From positions 3,596,001 to 3,660,000 of the forward strand of contig CATNEN010000008.1 of the NCBI GenBank assembly GCA_950097015.1: a stretch of 64,000 nt of DNA, given 5' to 3'. A model generated the notes under the pieces. That model worked only from the letters and a program-made list of their open reading frames with translations. It did not search any database and was not told the origin of the DNA. The DNA comes from Macrostomum hystrix (Eukaryota > Animalia > Platyhelminthes). The position numbers were made by a program, and so were the translations under genes. This document shows positions 22,505 to 34,510 of this stretch, in pieces; positions within the stretch are counted from its first letter, which is position 1, and every line of letters starts with the position of its first letter.

Positions 22505-22735
22505 TTTGCACTTGTCTGTGGACATTCGTCTAATTTCATTTGAGTCTAATTGTCTGTGGACACCCATCTCATTTCTCCAGAAGTATTCTCGTCTGTTGAG
22601 ACCCGTCTAATCTCTCTGAAGTCTAATTGTCTGTGGACACTTCCAAAAATTTTCCTTTTATCTACTTGTCCGTGGACATCCGTCTGCTTTCTCCAGAAGT
22701 CTACTTGTCTGTGGACACACCGTCTCATTTCTTCT
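22505..22735. repeat. Degenerate repeat built around (t/c)tgtggaca
   Basis: Several imperfect copies of ttgtctgtggacac. Confidence 0.55.
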
Positions 22736-23159
22736 GAGGCGACTTCTCTCCCTATCTCAAATTTCTTTGATTCTATATTCTCTCCTCATCATCCTTACCT
22801 CTGAGATCGCTTAAGATCCCATCAAATTTGAATGACGCCCTGATTGCTTAGCTGTCAAATGGCGATAATGATGGCTGTTACTCAAAACTACAGGCTAACG
22901 GCTCTGTACACAAGTCTGAGCTGCTCAGCCTAGACGCCTAATCAGACCAGAGCTGCATGTAGTGCTTCACGAAGATGAAACCATTTTGTAAGCCTTCGAA
23001 TTTAAATATATCATGTTTCTGACGCCGAAAATAGCGACATTCGGGGGTCCAGATCCCTTGAAATAAGAAACTTCCCAGAGTCAGAAAATTTACAAAGCTA
23101 CATCCTCGAAAGCTCTCTCATTTTTTTCTAGAAAAAAACTCTTGGAATTAAAAATGTCC

Positions 23160-24540
23160 ATCCCAAAACCGAATCCTCCCCAACTCGAAGCTTTCCCAAA
23201 CCCGAAACTTTCCCGAACCCGAATCTTCCCCAAACCAAAATCTTCCCCAAACTCGAAACTTCCTCAAACTCGAATCTTCCTCAAACTCGAATCTTCCTCA
23301 AACTCGAATCTTCCTCAAACTCGAATCTTCCCAAACTCGAATCTTCCCCAACTCGAATCTTCCCCAAACCCGAATCTACCCCAAACCCGAATCTTCCTCA
23401 AACTCGAAACTTCCCCAACCCTGAATCTTGCCCAACTCGAATCTTCCCCAAACCCGAATCTACCCCAAACCCGAATCTTCCTCAAACTCGAAACTTCCCC
23501 AACCCTGAATCTTCCCCAACTCGAATCTTCCCCAACCCTGAATCTTCCCCAACTCGAATCTTTCCCAAACCCGAATCTTCCCCAAACTCGAATCTTCCTC
23601 AAACTCGAATCTTCCTCAAACTCGAATCTTCCCAAACTCGAATCTTCCCTAACTCGAATCTTCCCCAAACCCGAATCTACCCCAAACCCGAATCTTCCCC
23701 AACTCGAATCTTCTCCAAACTCGAATCTTCCCTAACCCGAATCTTTCCTAACCCGAATCTTCCCCAAACCCGAATCTTCTCCAAACTCTAATCTTCCCTA
23801 ACCCGAATCTTTCCTAACCCGAATCTTCCTCAAACTCGAAACTTCCCCAACCCTGAATCTTCCCCAACTCGAATCTTCCCCAAAGCCGAATCTTCTCCAA
23901 ACTCGAAACTTCCCCAACTCGAATCTTCTCCAAACTCGAATCTTCCCTAACCCGAATCTTTCCTAACCCGAATCTTCCCCAAACCCGAATCTTCTCCAAA
24001 CTCTAATCTTCCCTAACCTGAATCTTTCCTAACCCGAATCTTCCCCAAACCCGAATCTTCCTCAAACTCGAAACTTCCCCAACCCTGAATCTTCCCCAAC
24101 TCGAATCTTTCCCAAACCCGAATCTTCCCCAACTCGAATCTTCCCCAACCCTGAATTTTCCCCAACTCGAATCTTCCCCAAGCTCGAAACTTCTCCAAAC
24201 CCGAATCTTCCTCAAACTCGAAACTTCCCCAACCCTGAATCTTTCCCAACTCGAATCTTCCCCAAACCCGAATCTTATCCAAACTCGAATCTTCCCTAAC
24301 CCGAATCTTTCCTAACCCGAATCTTCCCCAAACCCGAATCTTCCTCAAACTCGAAACTTCCCCAACCCTGAATCTTCCCCAACTCGAATCTTTCCCAAAC
24401 CCGAATCTTCCCCAACTCGAATCTTCCCCAACCCTGAATTTTCCCCAACTCGAATCTTCCCCAAGCTCGAAACTTCTCCAAACCCGAATCTTCCTCAACC
24501 CGAATCTTTCTCCAGTCCGAAACTTTCCCGAGCCGAAACT
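23160..24540. repeat. Variable 16-18 bp minisatellite (aaactcgaatcttcccc)
   Basis: Direct tandem repetition with sub-blocks. Confidence 0.93.
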
Positions 24541-25039
24541 CCCCACAAAAAGTGAACGTTACTAGAAAACAGGACATTGTCCGAGGCGCGCAGTCTGTTC
24601 GTTGGTACTCGGATGTCGTGTTACTGAAAAGTACAAAAAAATGGCCAAAATGAAAAGCTGCATTCCTTCCCGCACCATGCTTTATCCTCTAAGCTAGTGT
24701 CAGTGCGCCTGTGACTGGGACTGTACTATGAGCACCAATATCGTATTTCCTATCCCTGCTCTCACACATCCACGATCCCAAAATTCCTATCCTAATCTTA
24801 TATTTTTCCTAGACATTTTAAAGCTCGATGCTTGAACAAGTGTTCAGCACACAGCGGCATGTGTCTCCAATATACTAGCGTGTATGACTATTTATCTACT
24901 AGTTCAAATCCTGGGATATTGCATGAGCTGCCTACTCAGGACACACTGCGCGGTTATCGAAATTTGGAATTGATCCTGCATTGACCCCGTTGTCTGAGGC
25001 GGAAACGGATACCTGAACCTATATGGACAGTTTGCAGAG

Positions 25040-26460
25040 TGACTAGTCATTTGAGGGAGTCACTATTCAGTCAGGGGAGTGACTATTCAGTCAGGGGGGA
25101 GTGACTATTCAGTCAGGGGGGAGTGACTATTCAGTCAGGGGGGAGTGACTATTCAGTCAGGGGGGAGTGACTATTCAGTCAGGGGGGAGTGACTATTCAG
25201 TCAGGGGGGAGTGACTATTCAGTCAGGGGGGAGTGACTATTCAGTCAGGGGGGAGTGACTATTCAGTCAGGGGGGAGTGACTATTCAGTCAGGGGGGAGT
25301 GACTATTCAGTCAGGGGGGTGACTATTTAGTCAGGGGAGTGACTATTCAGTCAGGGTAGTGACTATTCAGTCAGGGGGAGTGACTATTCAGTCAGGGGGG
25401 AGTGACTATTCAGTCAGGGGGGTGACTATTTAGTCAGGGGAGTGACTATTCAGTCAGGGTAGTGACTATTAAGTCAGGGGAGTGACTAGTCAGTCAGGGG
25501 AGTGACTATTCAGTCAGGGGAGTGACTATTCAGTCAGGGGGGAGTGACTAGTCAGTCAGGGGAGTGACTATTCAGTCAGGGGGAGTGACTATTCAGTCAG
25601 GGGAGTGACTATTCAGTCAGGGGGGAGTGACTATTCAGTCAGGGGGTGACTATTCAGTCAGGGGAGTGACTATTCAGTCAGGGGGGAGTAACTATTCAGT
25701 CAGGGGAGTAACTATTCAGTCAGGGGAGTGACTATTCAGTCAGGGGAGTGACTATTTAGTCAGGGGAGTGACTATTTTGTCAGGGGAGTGACTATTCAGT
25801 CAGGGTAGTGACTATTAAGTCAGGGGAGTGACTAGTCAGTCAGGGGAGTGACTATTCAGTCAGGGGAGTGACTATTCAGTCAGGGGGGAGTGACTATTCA
25901 GTCAGGGGAGTGACTATTCAGTCAGGGGGAGTGACTATTCAGTCAGGGGAGTGACTATTCAGTCAGGGGGGAGTGACTATTCAGTCAGGGGGGTGACTAT
26001 TTAGTCAGGGGAGTGACTATTCAGTCAGGGGAGTGACTATTTAGTCAGGGGAGTGACTATTTAGTCAGGGGAGTGACTAGTCAGCAGGGTAGTGATTATT
26101 AAGTCATGGGAGTGACTAGTCAGTCAGGGTAGTGACTATTTAGTCAGGGGAGTGACTAGTCAGTCAGGGTAGTGACTATTTAGTCAGGGGAGTGACTAGT
26201 CAGTCAGGGTAGTGACTATTTAGTCAGGGGAGTGACTAGTCAGTCAGGGTAGTGACTATTTAGTCAGGGGAGTGACTAGTCAGTCAGGGTAGTGACTATT
26301 TAGTCAGGGGAGTGACTAGTCAGTCAGGGTAGTGACTATTTAGTCAGGGGAGTGACTAGTCAGTCAGGGTAGTGACTATTTAGTCAGGGGAGTGACTATT
26401 TAGTCAGGGGAGAGTGACTTTTCAGACAGGGGGGTGACTATTTAGTCAGGGGAGTGATTA
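25040..26460. repeat. 20-22 bp minisatellite (G4-6 agtgactattcagtca)
   Basis: Direct tandem repetition; only the G-run length and the central bases vary. Confidence 0.95.
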
Positions 26461-27029
26461 GCCGGTGAGGGGAGCTGAGGTCACGACGCAGTCAAGTGAT
26501 TGAGCAACAAAAGTACACCACTCAAAGCTTTATTGCTTCTTTTTTCTGCCCTGACAGTCGCTGCACCAGTTTCTAAGCAATAAATGCAAAGAGCAAGCAG
26601 TTCCAGCAAGCTGTTGTGATTAAAGATGACGGCGAAAAGGTTGGGTCGGGCTGGCGATAAACACGCAGACCTTCATCTGTCATTGGTATGAATATATATT
26701 AGAACCTGCTTCAGCTTGATGACCACTTCAACCAGGCAGCCTCTCTTTCCCCTGCGAAATTTCGTCAAGTGTTATTTTTATTGAAGAGCTTCAATTGGCT
26801 CGCTCAGACAGACGTCAAGAAGTCAAGCAATGGACCAGCTGTCAATTAATCCTGCTGAACTTTTTCAATATAAACCAAAAAATTAAAAGTTAAATGTAAA
26901 AAATACATTTTTTAACTTTCCCGAATCGGAAATTTCTGGGAAAGCATGGGCTGTAGTATTTAGGGACTTTAAATAATATCGATTTTTGGGAAAGTGGTAT
27001 CTTACGGGAAAATGGGGTTTTCAGGGAAG

Positions 27030-27612
27030 TGGGATTTTAGGAATCTGAGGGGAAAACGGCGTCTTGGGAGAAGTGGGACTTTTCGGAAAAGTGGGATTTT
27101 AGCTTAAGTGGAGTCTTGGAAAAAAAGGGATTTTGGAGAAAGCTGGATCTTCAGGAAAGTGGGATCTCGAGAAAGTGGGATCTTCAGGAAAGTGGGATCT
27201 CGAGAAAGTGGGATCTTCGGGAAAGTGGGATCTTCAGGAAAGTGGGATCTCGAGAAAGTGGGATCTTCAGGAAAGTGGGTTCTTCAGGAAAGTGGGATCT
27301 CGAGAAAGTCGGATCTTCGGGAAAGTGGGATCTTCAGGAAAGTGGGATCTTCAGGAAAGTGGGATCTCGAGAAAGTGGGATCTTCAGGAAAGTGGGTTCT
27401 TCAGGAAAGTGGGATCTCGAGAAAGTCGGATCTTCGGGAAAGTGGGATCTTCAGGAAAGTGGGATCTTCAGGAAAGTGGGATCTCGAGAAAGTCGGATCT
27501 TCGGGAAAGTGGGATCTTCAGGAAAGTGGGATCTTCAGGAAAGTGGGATCTCGAGAAAGTGGGATCTTGCGGAAAATAGTGTCGTTAATAGTAGAATAAT
27601 AAGTGGGATCTG
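27030..27612. repeat. 16-17 bp minisatellite (gaaagtgggatcttcag / gaaagtgggatctcga)
   Basis: Direct tandem repetition with degenerate edges. Confidence 0.93.
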
Positions 27613-27651
27613 TTAAAGTTGGATCGAAGGAAAACAATGTTTAGTAAGCGG

Positions 27652-28014
27652 GGGTCGGTGGCAGAGCGGTTATCGTGTTTGCCTCTCGCACCAAGGTCCC
27701 TAAGTTCGATTCCACGGCGAGGCCACATTTATTTGGGGCGCAGCCGCGGAGAGAAGGCTTGAGGGCTTGTCGTGCAATTTACGCCCTTGAGGGTCAACCC
27801 TAAGGCCCTCAGTGAAAGTGTACACTGCCTGACGATGAGAAATTCAGGGCAGATGTACACACCTGTGTGAGCGTGATCCTGCGTACAGGATCTGTGTGCG
27901 TGTGTGCTCAGGAGTCAGCGAAATGGGCAGAATTGCCTCCTCGCTGGCTGCGGGTCTAGTATCACTTAATGATGTGCCACTGCCCGCAGCCCTCCTGCAA
28001 ATATTATTATTATT
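27652..28014 (+). mobile_element. tRNA-derived SINE, full-length copy with 15-bp target-site duplication
   Basis: Box A-like TGGCAGAGCGG and box B-like GTTCGATTCC; (TTA)n tail; atgtttagtaagcgg duplicated at 27637-27651 and 28015-28029; homologous copies at 57654-57953 and 58431-58635. Confidence 0.92.
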
Positions 28015-28671
28015 ATGTTTAGTAAGCGGAATTTTAAAGGAAGTGGGTTGGATGTTAGTGAAAAGATTTCGGTTTCAGTTAACAAAAGCAGAGGTAAGCG
28101 GCAGCCTTAGTCTGTGATTTCAAAGTGCAAACTGAGCAGTGCCCGCGAGCTCTGATTAAAACTGAGCAACGCAAAGCAAAAATGCAGTCTCAGATTCGAA
28201 CAGGCGTAAGAGAAATCCTATTTTCTCGTCGTCCCCTTCTCTCCCTCCCCCCACAAACACTTCGTCTCGCCTTGCCCAGAAGTTCCCAAACTCCCCGCTT
28301 TCTTCCGCATTAGCTAACCGGTTGCGCGCACGCCTCATTACTCAAACTGCTCGCCTTACCGCCCCAGCTGCGGTAGCTAAAAATGGGATCTGGCTGGGAT
28401 CTGAATCCCAAACCCCCTCCCCCTAGTCTGGGGAAGTGGGAAGAGCGAGAGTAAAACAATTTATCAGTGGGTGAAGATTCGCAGGCGATAAATTCTCATT
28501 GCGGGCTTGCAAATGAAACTGCTATCTGTTAAAGCTTAAAGTAATATTCTTTATTTTGACATTGATTTATGACCTGGAAAACTAAATAAAAAAGAAGGGA
28601 CCACAGTCCGTCAGATTTTATGACTTTTTGTTTTGCTTTATGCGAAAAGCTGATCGGAATTAGAAAATTTA

Positions 28672-29145
28672 TGCGCAGATCGACGAATCTCAGATTGAAA
28701 AATCTCAGATCGGCGAATCTCAGATTGAAAAATCTCAGATCGGCGAATCTCAGATTGAAAAATCTCAGATCGACGAATCTCAGATTGAAAATCTCAGATC
28801 GGCGAATCTCAGATTGAAAAATCTCAAATCGGCGAATCTCAGATTCAAAAATCTCAGATCGACGAATCTCAGATTGAAAAATCTCAAATCGGCGAATCTC
28901 AAATAGATGAAGTTCATATTAAAGAACTTTTCTGATTGAAAATCTTCAACAAAGATTTCTAAAATCGACGAATCTCAGATAAACGAATCTCAGATAAACG
29001 AATCTCAGATAAACGAATCTCAGATAAACGAATCTCAGATAAACGAATCTCAGATAAACGAATCTCAGATAAACGAATCTCAGATAAACGAATCTCAGAT
29101 AAACGAATCTTAGATAAACGAATCTCAGATAAACGAATCTTAGAT
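28672..29145. repeat. 30-bp dimeric repeat (gcgaatctcagattgaaaaatctcagatcg) followed by a 15-bp repeat (acgaatctcagataa)
   Basis: Direct tandem repetition; both share the aatctcagat core. Confidence 0.92.
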
Positions 29146-29243
29146 TGAGAATTCAAATTTTAACAAATCTGAGAGTCTAAAATAAAATATAAAAAAACCA
29201 AATTTTCAAATTCAAAATCTCTTAACTCCCACAGGGTACTCAC

Positions 29244-29866
29244 AGTCCCAGATCATCGGAGGGCCCTCGACTTTCCTCCGGCGCGCATTTCCATGCGGCC
29301 GGGCAGCTGGCGTTGCCGCTGGCGACCAGACCCAGCAGGGCTCGAACTTGCGACCTCTCTAGTACGGCTGCCAAAGGTAGAACGCCCGCCGCGGCGTTGG
29401 CTGCCGACTCGGCCGCTCGCCGGTCACCCAGAAACACCAGCCCCGCAGAGCCGCACTGACGAGCCAGTCTGGCCGCTGCAAGACCTTCGCTGACATCGCC
29501 TGGTGTCGTTTGCACTAAAAGTACAAGTCCGGAGCAGTCGGGCAGGCCGGCTGATTTCAGAAAGTCTTTGAAGTCCTGACTTCGGCCGTGGTTTACGAAT
29601 GCCAGTCGTCCAGAATTCGCTGCTGACGAGCTGCAGTTGACAAAGCTGACATTGCGACCCAGATCGGCGAGGATGTCGCGAGACTCCTCAAAAATCCTCA
29701 CTTCAGTGACGTCTGCATTGGCTACGAAGTTTCGCAGCTGATCGCCCAGCGGGTTGTCTTCGAAATCACCGACTGTCAGATGGTCGATCTGCCGGATAGC
29801 GGCTTGAATGCTCCGGCTTTGACTGGCGCTGTAGCTTGGGCCGTCTGCTGCCCGCACCTTCTGGGA
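29244..29866 (-). CDS. M28B-like gene, exon 2 (protease-associated PA domain)
   Basis: GRLAFVNHGRSQDF..DCSGLVLL..ARQCGSAGLVFLGD matches GCPII GDLVYVNYARTEDF..NCSGKIVI..AQLAGAKGVILYSD; caacAG acceptor (phase 0; exact site uncertain), GTGAGT donor (phase 2). Confidence 0.85.
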
Positions 29867-29894
29867 CTGTTGAAGACAGCGTTGGAGGCGATTG

Positions 29895-30390
29895 TGAGGA
29901 AGAAGGGGAAAAAGGAGAAAATGAAGAAGGAAGAAGGGGAAGAATGGGAAGAATGAAGAAGGGGAAGAAGGAAGAAGGGGAAGAAGGAAGAAGTGGAAGA
30001 AGGAAGAAGGGGAAGAATGAAGAAGGGAAAGAAGGAAAAAGGAGAAGAAGGAAGAAGGGGAAGAATGAAGAAGGGGAAGAAGGAAGAAGGGGAAGAAGGA
30101 AGAAAGGGAAGAATGAAGAAGGGAAAGAAGGAAAAAGGAGAAGAAGGAAGAAGGGGAAGAATGAAGAAGGGGAAGAAGGAAGAGGGGGAAGAGGGAAGAA
30201 GGGAAGAAGGAAGAAGGGGAAGAAGGAAGAAGGGGAAGAAGGAAGAAGGGGAAGAATGAAGAAGCGGAAGATGGAAGAAGGGGAAAAAGGAAGAAGGGGA
30301 AGAAGGAAAAGGAGAAGAAGGAAGAAGGAGAAAAAGAAGAAGCAGAAGAAGGAGAAGCGGAAGAGAAAGAAGAGGAAGAAGAGAACAAAA
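29895..30390. repeat. Almost pure-purine (GA-rich) low-complexity tract in intron 1 of the M28B-like gene
   Basis: gaagaaggg-type repeats over ~500 bp with only occasional T/C. Confidence 0.9.
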
Positions 30391-30497
30391 TTGAAGTGTT
30401 TGAGCAGAAACTAGAACCATAAATAGAGCGCAGATCTGGCAGAAATTTGAAGAGAATGAATAAACATATTGAGTAACTAAAGAAGACACGCAGATAC

Positions 30498-30866
30498 CGC
30501 AGCACTGACTAGCTGCTGCTGCTGTTGCTGATCTCCCTGTTGCTGGCGCGCCCTGGCAACGGCGCTGCCCGCCAGAGCCCCGGCCAGCATCAGCAGGCAG
30601 GCCAGCAGGGCCCGAATCGCCGCGCCCTTCCGTCCGGCCAGAAGCCGACGCCGCGGCTGGCCCCGCATCGCCGCCAACCCAGCCGACACGGACGATGGCG
30701 GCGCCGTTGAGCCGGCCGAGAACGGCTGCGACTCGGCGGCCGACGCGCCCAGCTGGAGCTGCGGCGGCAGCGGATCCGGCGCCAGGCTGTCGTTGAGCTC
30801 GGTGTCTGCCGACAAGTCGAAGTAGGCGTTCTGCGCGCTGGAGAACCTGGGCATACCGTTCAGCAT
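30498..30866 (-). CDS. M28B-like gene, exon 1 (cytoplasmic tail and type II transmembrane segment)
   Basis: ATG at 30866; basic stretch RRRLLAGRK then hydrophobic AAIRALLACLLMLAGALAGSAV; phase-0 donor at 30497 (alternative at 30509). Joined model is 702 aa. Confidence 0.78.
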
Positions 30867-31034
30867 GGCTGGCTGCTCACTTCTCACTGAGACTCAATGC
30901 TAGCAGCTGTGAAATTAAGAAAAATACTTAAATAAATAGCATACTTACATATCTTTACAAATTAACCCCAGTTCTTAGGTTCTTAGGTTTTTCCAGATTA
31001 TTTTTTACCTTCCAGGATCTTCACGGATATTCCC

Positions 31035-32152
31035 AGATGATCCCAGATCATCCCAGATCATCCCAGATCATCCCTGATCTTCCCAGATCATCCCAGATCA
31101 TCCCATATCTTCCCAGATCATCCCAGAAAATCCCAGATCTTCCCAGATCATCCCAGATCATCCCAGATCATCCCATATCTTCCCAGATCATCCCAGAAAA
31201 TCCCAGATCTTCCCAGATCATCCCTGATCTTCCCAGATCATCCCAGATCATCCCATATCTTCCCAGATCATCCCAGAAAATCCCAGATCTTCCCAGATCA
31301 TCCCAGATCATCCCAGATCATCCCATATCTTCCCAGATCATCCCAGATCTTCCCAGATCTTCCCATATCATCCCATATCTTCCCTGATCTTCCCAGATCA
31401 TCCCAGATCTTCCCAGATCTTCCCATATCATCCCATATCATCCCAGATCTTCCCAGATCATCCCAGATCTTCCCAGATCATCCCAGATCATCCCATATCT
31501 TCCCAGATCATCCCTGATCTTCCCAGATCATCCCAGATCATCCCATATCTTCCCAGATCATCCCAGAAAATCCCAGATCTTCCCAGATCATCCCAGATCA
31601 TCCCATATCTTCCCAGATCATCCCAGATCATCCCATATCTTCCCAGATCATCCCTGATCTTCCCAGATCATCCCAGATCATCCCATATCTTCCCAGATCA
31701 TCCCAGAAAATCCCAGATCTTCCCAGATCATCCCAGATCATCCCAGATCTTCCCATATCATCCCATATCTTCCCAGATCATCCCAGATCATCCCAGATCT
31801 TCCCAGATCATCCCAGATCATCCAAGATCATCTCAGATCATCCCAGATCTTCCCAGATCATCCCATATCTTCCCAGATCATCCCAGATCATCCCAGATCT
31901 TCCCAGATCATCCCAGATCATCCCAGATCATCTCAGATCATCCCAGATCTTCCCAGATCATCCCATATCTTCCCAGATCATCCCAGATAATCCCAGATCT
32001 TCCCAGATCATCCCAGATCTTCCCAGATCTTCCCATATCATCCCATATCTTCCCAGATCATCCCAGATCATCCCAGATCTTCCCAGATCATCCCAGATCA
32101 TCCCAGATCTTCCCAGATCATCCCAGATCATCCCATATCTTCCCAGATCATC
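31035..32152. repeat. 10-bp minisatellite (tcccagatca/tcccagatct/tcccatatct)
   Basis: Direct tandem repetition, ~110 units. Confidence 0.95.
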
Positions 32153-32840
32153 CTACACCTCTCCAGTCCCGGATGATCTCAGATTATCCAAAACTCTCTC
32201 ATATCTCCACCGATCTTTACAGATCGGCAAAAATCAGCTCAATCGAAGCTGTTTTCCCTGCCAAAATAATCCCTTTGGCTAATCGGCTTCGTCGCTAGTC
32301 AATAAATTCTGCAGACCTCCTCCTTCCATGGCCTGGCGAGCATTGAATGACACGCAAAGGGATTAACTGGCGATCCTATCCTGCCACAATAATCACACAA
32401 TCCGATCTCACAAAGCGGGGAGGGACACAGAGATTTAGAGGCCAAACACAGCTGTACTAAAAATCACCCTCGCCCGCCGTCAAACATGGTCTCGAAGCGA
32501 GTCCGGATCTCGATAACTCGAGCTCGGAGTCTGGGTGTTATCTCGCCCCCGCTGTGTACTTAGCCAGATGGTTGCGATTTTCCTAAAGAATAAATCATGT
32601 ACCGAAAAAAACTAAGAAAATTCATTCGAATTTTTCAGCCTTCGCTTGTAAATAAATCCCCTTCGGGACCCTAATCCTCAAGCGCTACGAGGCGATCGTT
32701 TTCTTTGTCTAGAGAACGGATTTCTAACAAAAAAACAATATCGACCTCCCTTCCTAACGCGTCTGAGACTATATTCAAGCTTTAGACTTTAAATGAATGT
32801 CGAATGAACCAGTTAGTTGCGTGTGCTTGCCGCCCAAGAC

Positions 32841-33625
32841 TGGACAGAACAGAACAGAACAGAACAGAACAGAACAGAACAGAACAGAACAGAACAGGAC
32901 AGGACAGGACAGAACAGAACAGAACAGGACAGGACAGAACAGAACAGAACAGAACAGAACAGAACAGAACAGAACAGAACAGAACAGAACAGAACAGAAC
33001 AGAACAGAACAGAACAGGACAGAACAGAACAGAACAGAACAGAACAGGACAGGACAGAACAGAACAGAACAGAACAGAACAGAACAGAACAGAACAGAAC
33101 AGAACAGAACAGAACAGAACAGAACAGAACAGAACAGGACAGAACAGAAAAGAACAGAACAGAACAGAACAGAACAGAACAGGACAGAACAGAACAGAAC
33201 AGAACAGAACAGAACAGAACAGAATAGAACAGAACAGAACAGAACAGAACAGGACAGAACAGAACAGAACAGAACAGAACAGAACAGAACAGAACAGAAC
33301 AGAACAGGACAGAACAGAACAGAACAGAACAGAACAGAACAGAACAGAACAGAACAGAACAGAACAGAACAGAACAGAACAGGACAGAACAGAACAGAAC
33401 AGAACAGAACAGAACAGAACAGAACAGAACAGAACAGAACAGAACAGAACAGGACAGAACAGAACAGGACAGAACAGAACAGAACAGAACAGAACAGATC
33501 AGAACAGAACAGAACAGAACAGAACAGAACAGAACAGAACAGGACAGAACAGAACAGAACAGAACAGAACAGAACAGAACAGAACAGAACAGAACAGAAC
33601 AGAACAGAACAGGACAGGACAGACA
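32841..33625. repeat. (AGAAC)n pentanucleotide microsatellite with AGGAC variants
   Basis: Direct reading. Confidence 0.97.
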
Positions 33626-34019
33626 GAAAAAGCTTTAGAAAAGCCAAGGCTAGCGAGTTGTGCCATGAAGTCGAGTCTCTATCGCCTTGAGTGCCAATAA
33701 TGCGATTAAATTGGTGGAAGAAAGTGTGGCAATTTCTGCCGGGGAAAAACTGCCCTTGCTGCGAGTCTAAGCGGGTCTGTTCTCTTCTCTCGCCAACCCC
33801 TTGATCGTCTCCATTAAGTGTGGCATTTCTCAAGTTCGAGCATTGCGGCTAACACTGCTCAAAACTGCAGGCCAGTAGCATCCCAGCCCCCGGGGGGATT
33901 ATGGGAATGGGAAACGACTTTGTAGAAAATTGCTACAAAGAATTAGAGGGCTGGGCTGGTCTTAGCTGCTCAACGATAATGAGATGGATTTGGCGTGAGC
34001 TATGAGCTGTTTGTGATAC

Positions 34020-34123
34020 ATCTATCTATCTATCTATCCATCTATCTACCTATCTATCTATCCATCTATCTACCTATCTATCTATCCATCTATCTACCTA
34101 TCTATCTATCCATCTATCTATCC

Positions 34124-34154
<31 letters not shown>

Positions 34155-34184
34155 CATCTATCTATCTATCTATCTATCTATCTG

Positions 34185-34234
<50 letters not shown>

Positions 34235-34510
34235 CATCTATCTATCTATCTATCTATATATCTATCCATCTATCTATCTATCTGTCTATCTATCTATCTG
34301 TCTATCTATCTATCTATCCATCTATCTATCTATCTATCTTATCTATCTATCTATCCATCTATCTACCCATCTATCTATCCATCCATCTATCTATCTATCT
34401 ATCTGTCTATCTATCTATCTATCCATCTATCTATCTATCCATCTATATATCTATCCATCTATCTATCTATCCATCTATCTATCTATCTGTCTATCTATCT
34501 TATCTATCTA
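34020..34510. repeat. (TCTA)n/(TCCA)n tetranucleotide microsatellite
   Basis: Direct reading. Confidence 0.97.

Noticed and set aside
23160-27612. The 17-bp arrays at 23160 and 27030 as inverted arms of one element around the 25040 array
   Set aside because: The units share only a short gatct/gaatct core and opposite strand skew; unique flanks show no complementarity.
27652-27725. Possible tRNA gene
   Set aside because: It has box A/B but no clean acceptor or anticodon stem and continues into a repeated body with a tail and TSD; it is a SINE head.
29240-30505. 421-aa ORF with a long F/S/L hydrophobic N-terminus
   Set aside because: The N-terminal half is the intronic GA tract read on the minus strand; only 29244-29866 is supported as exon.
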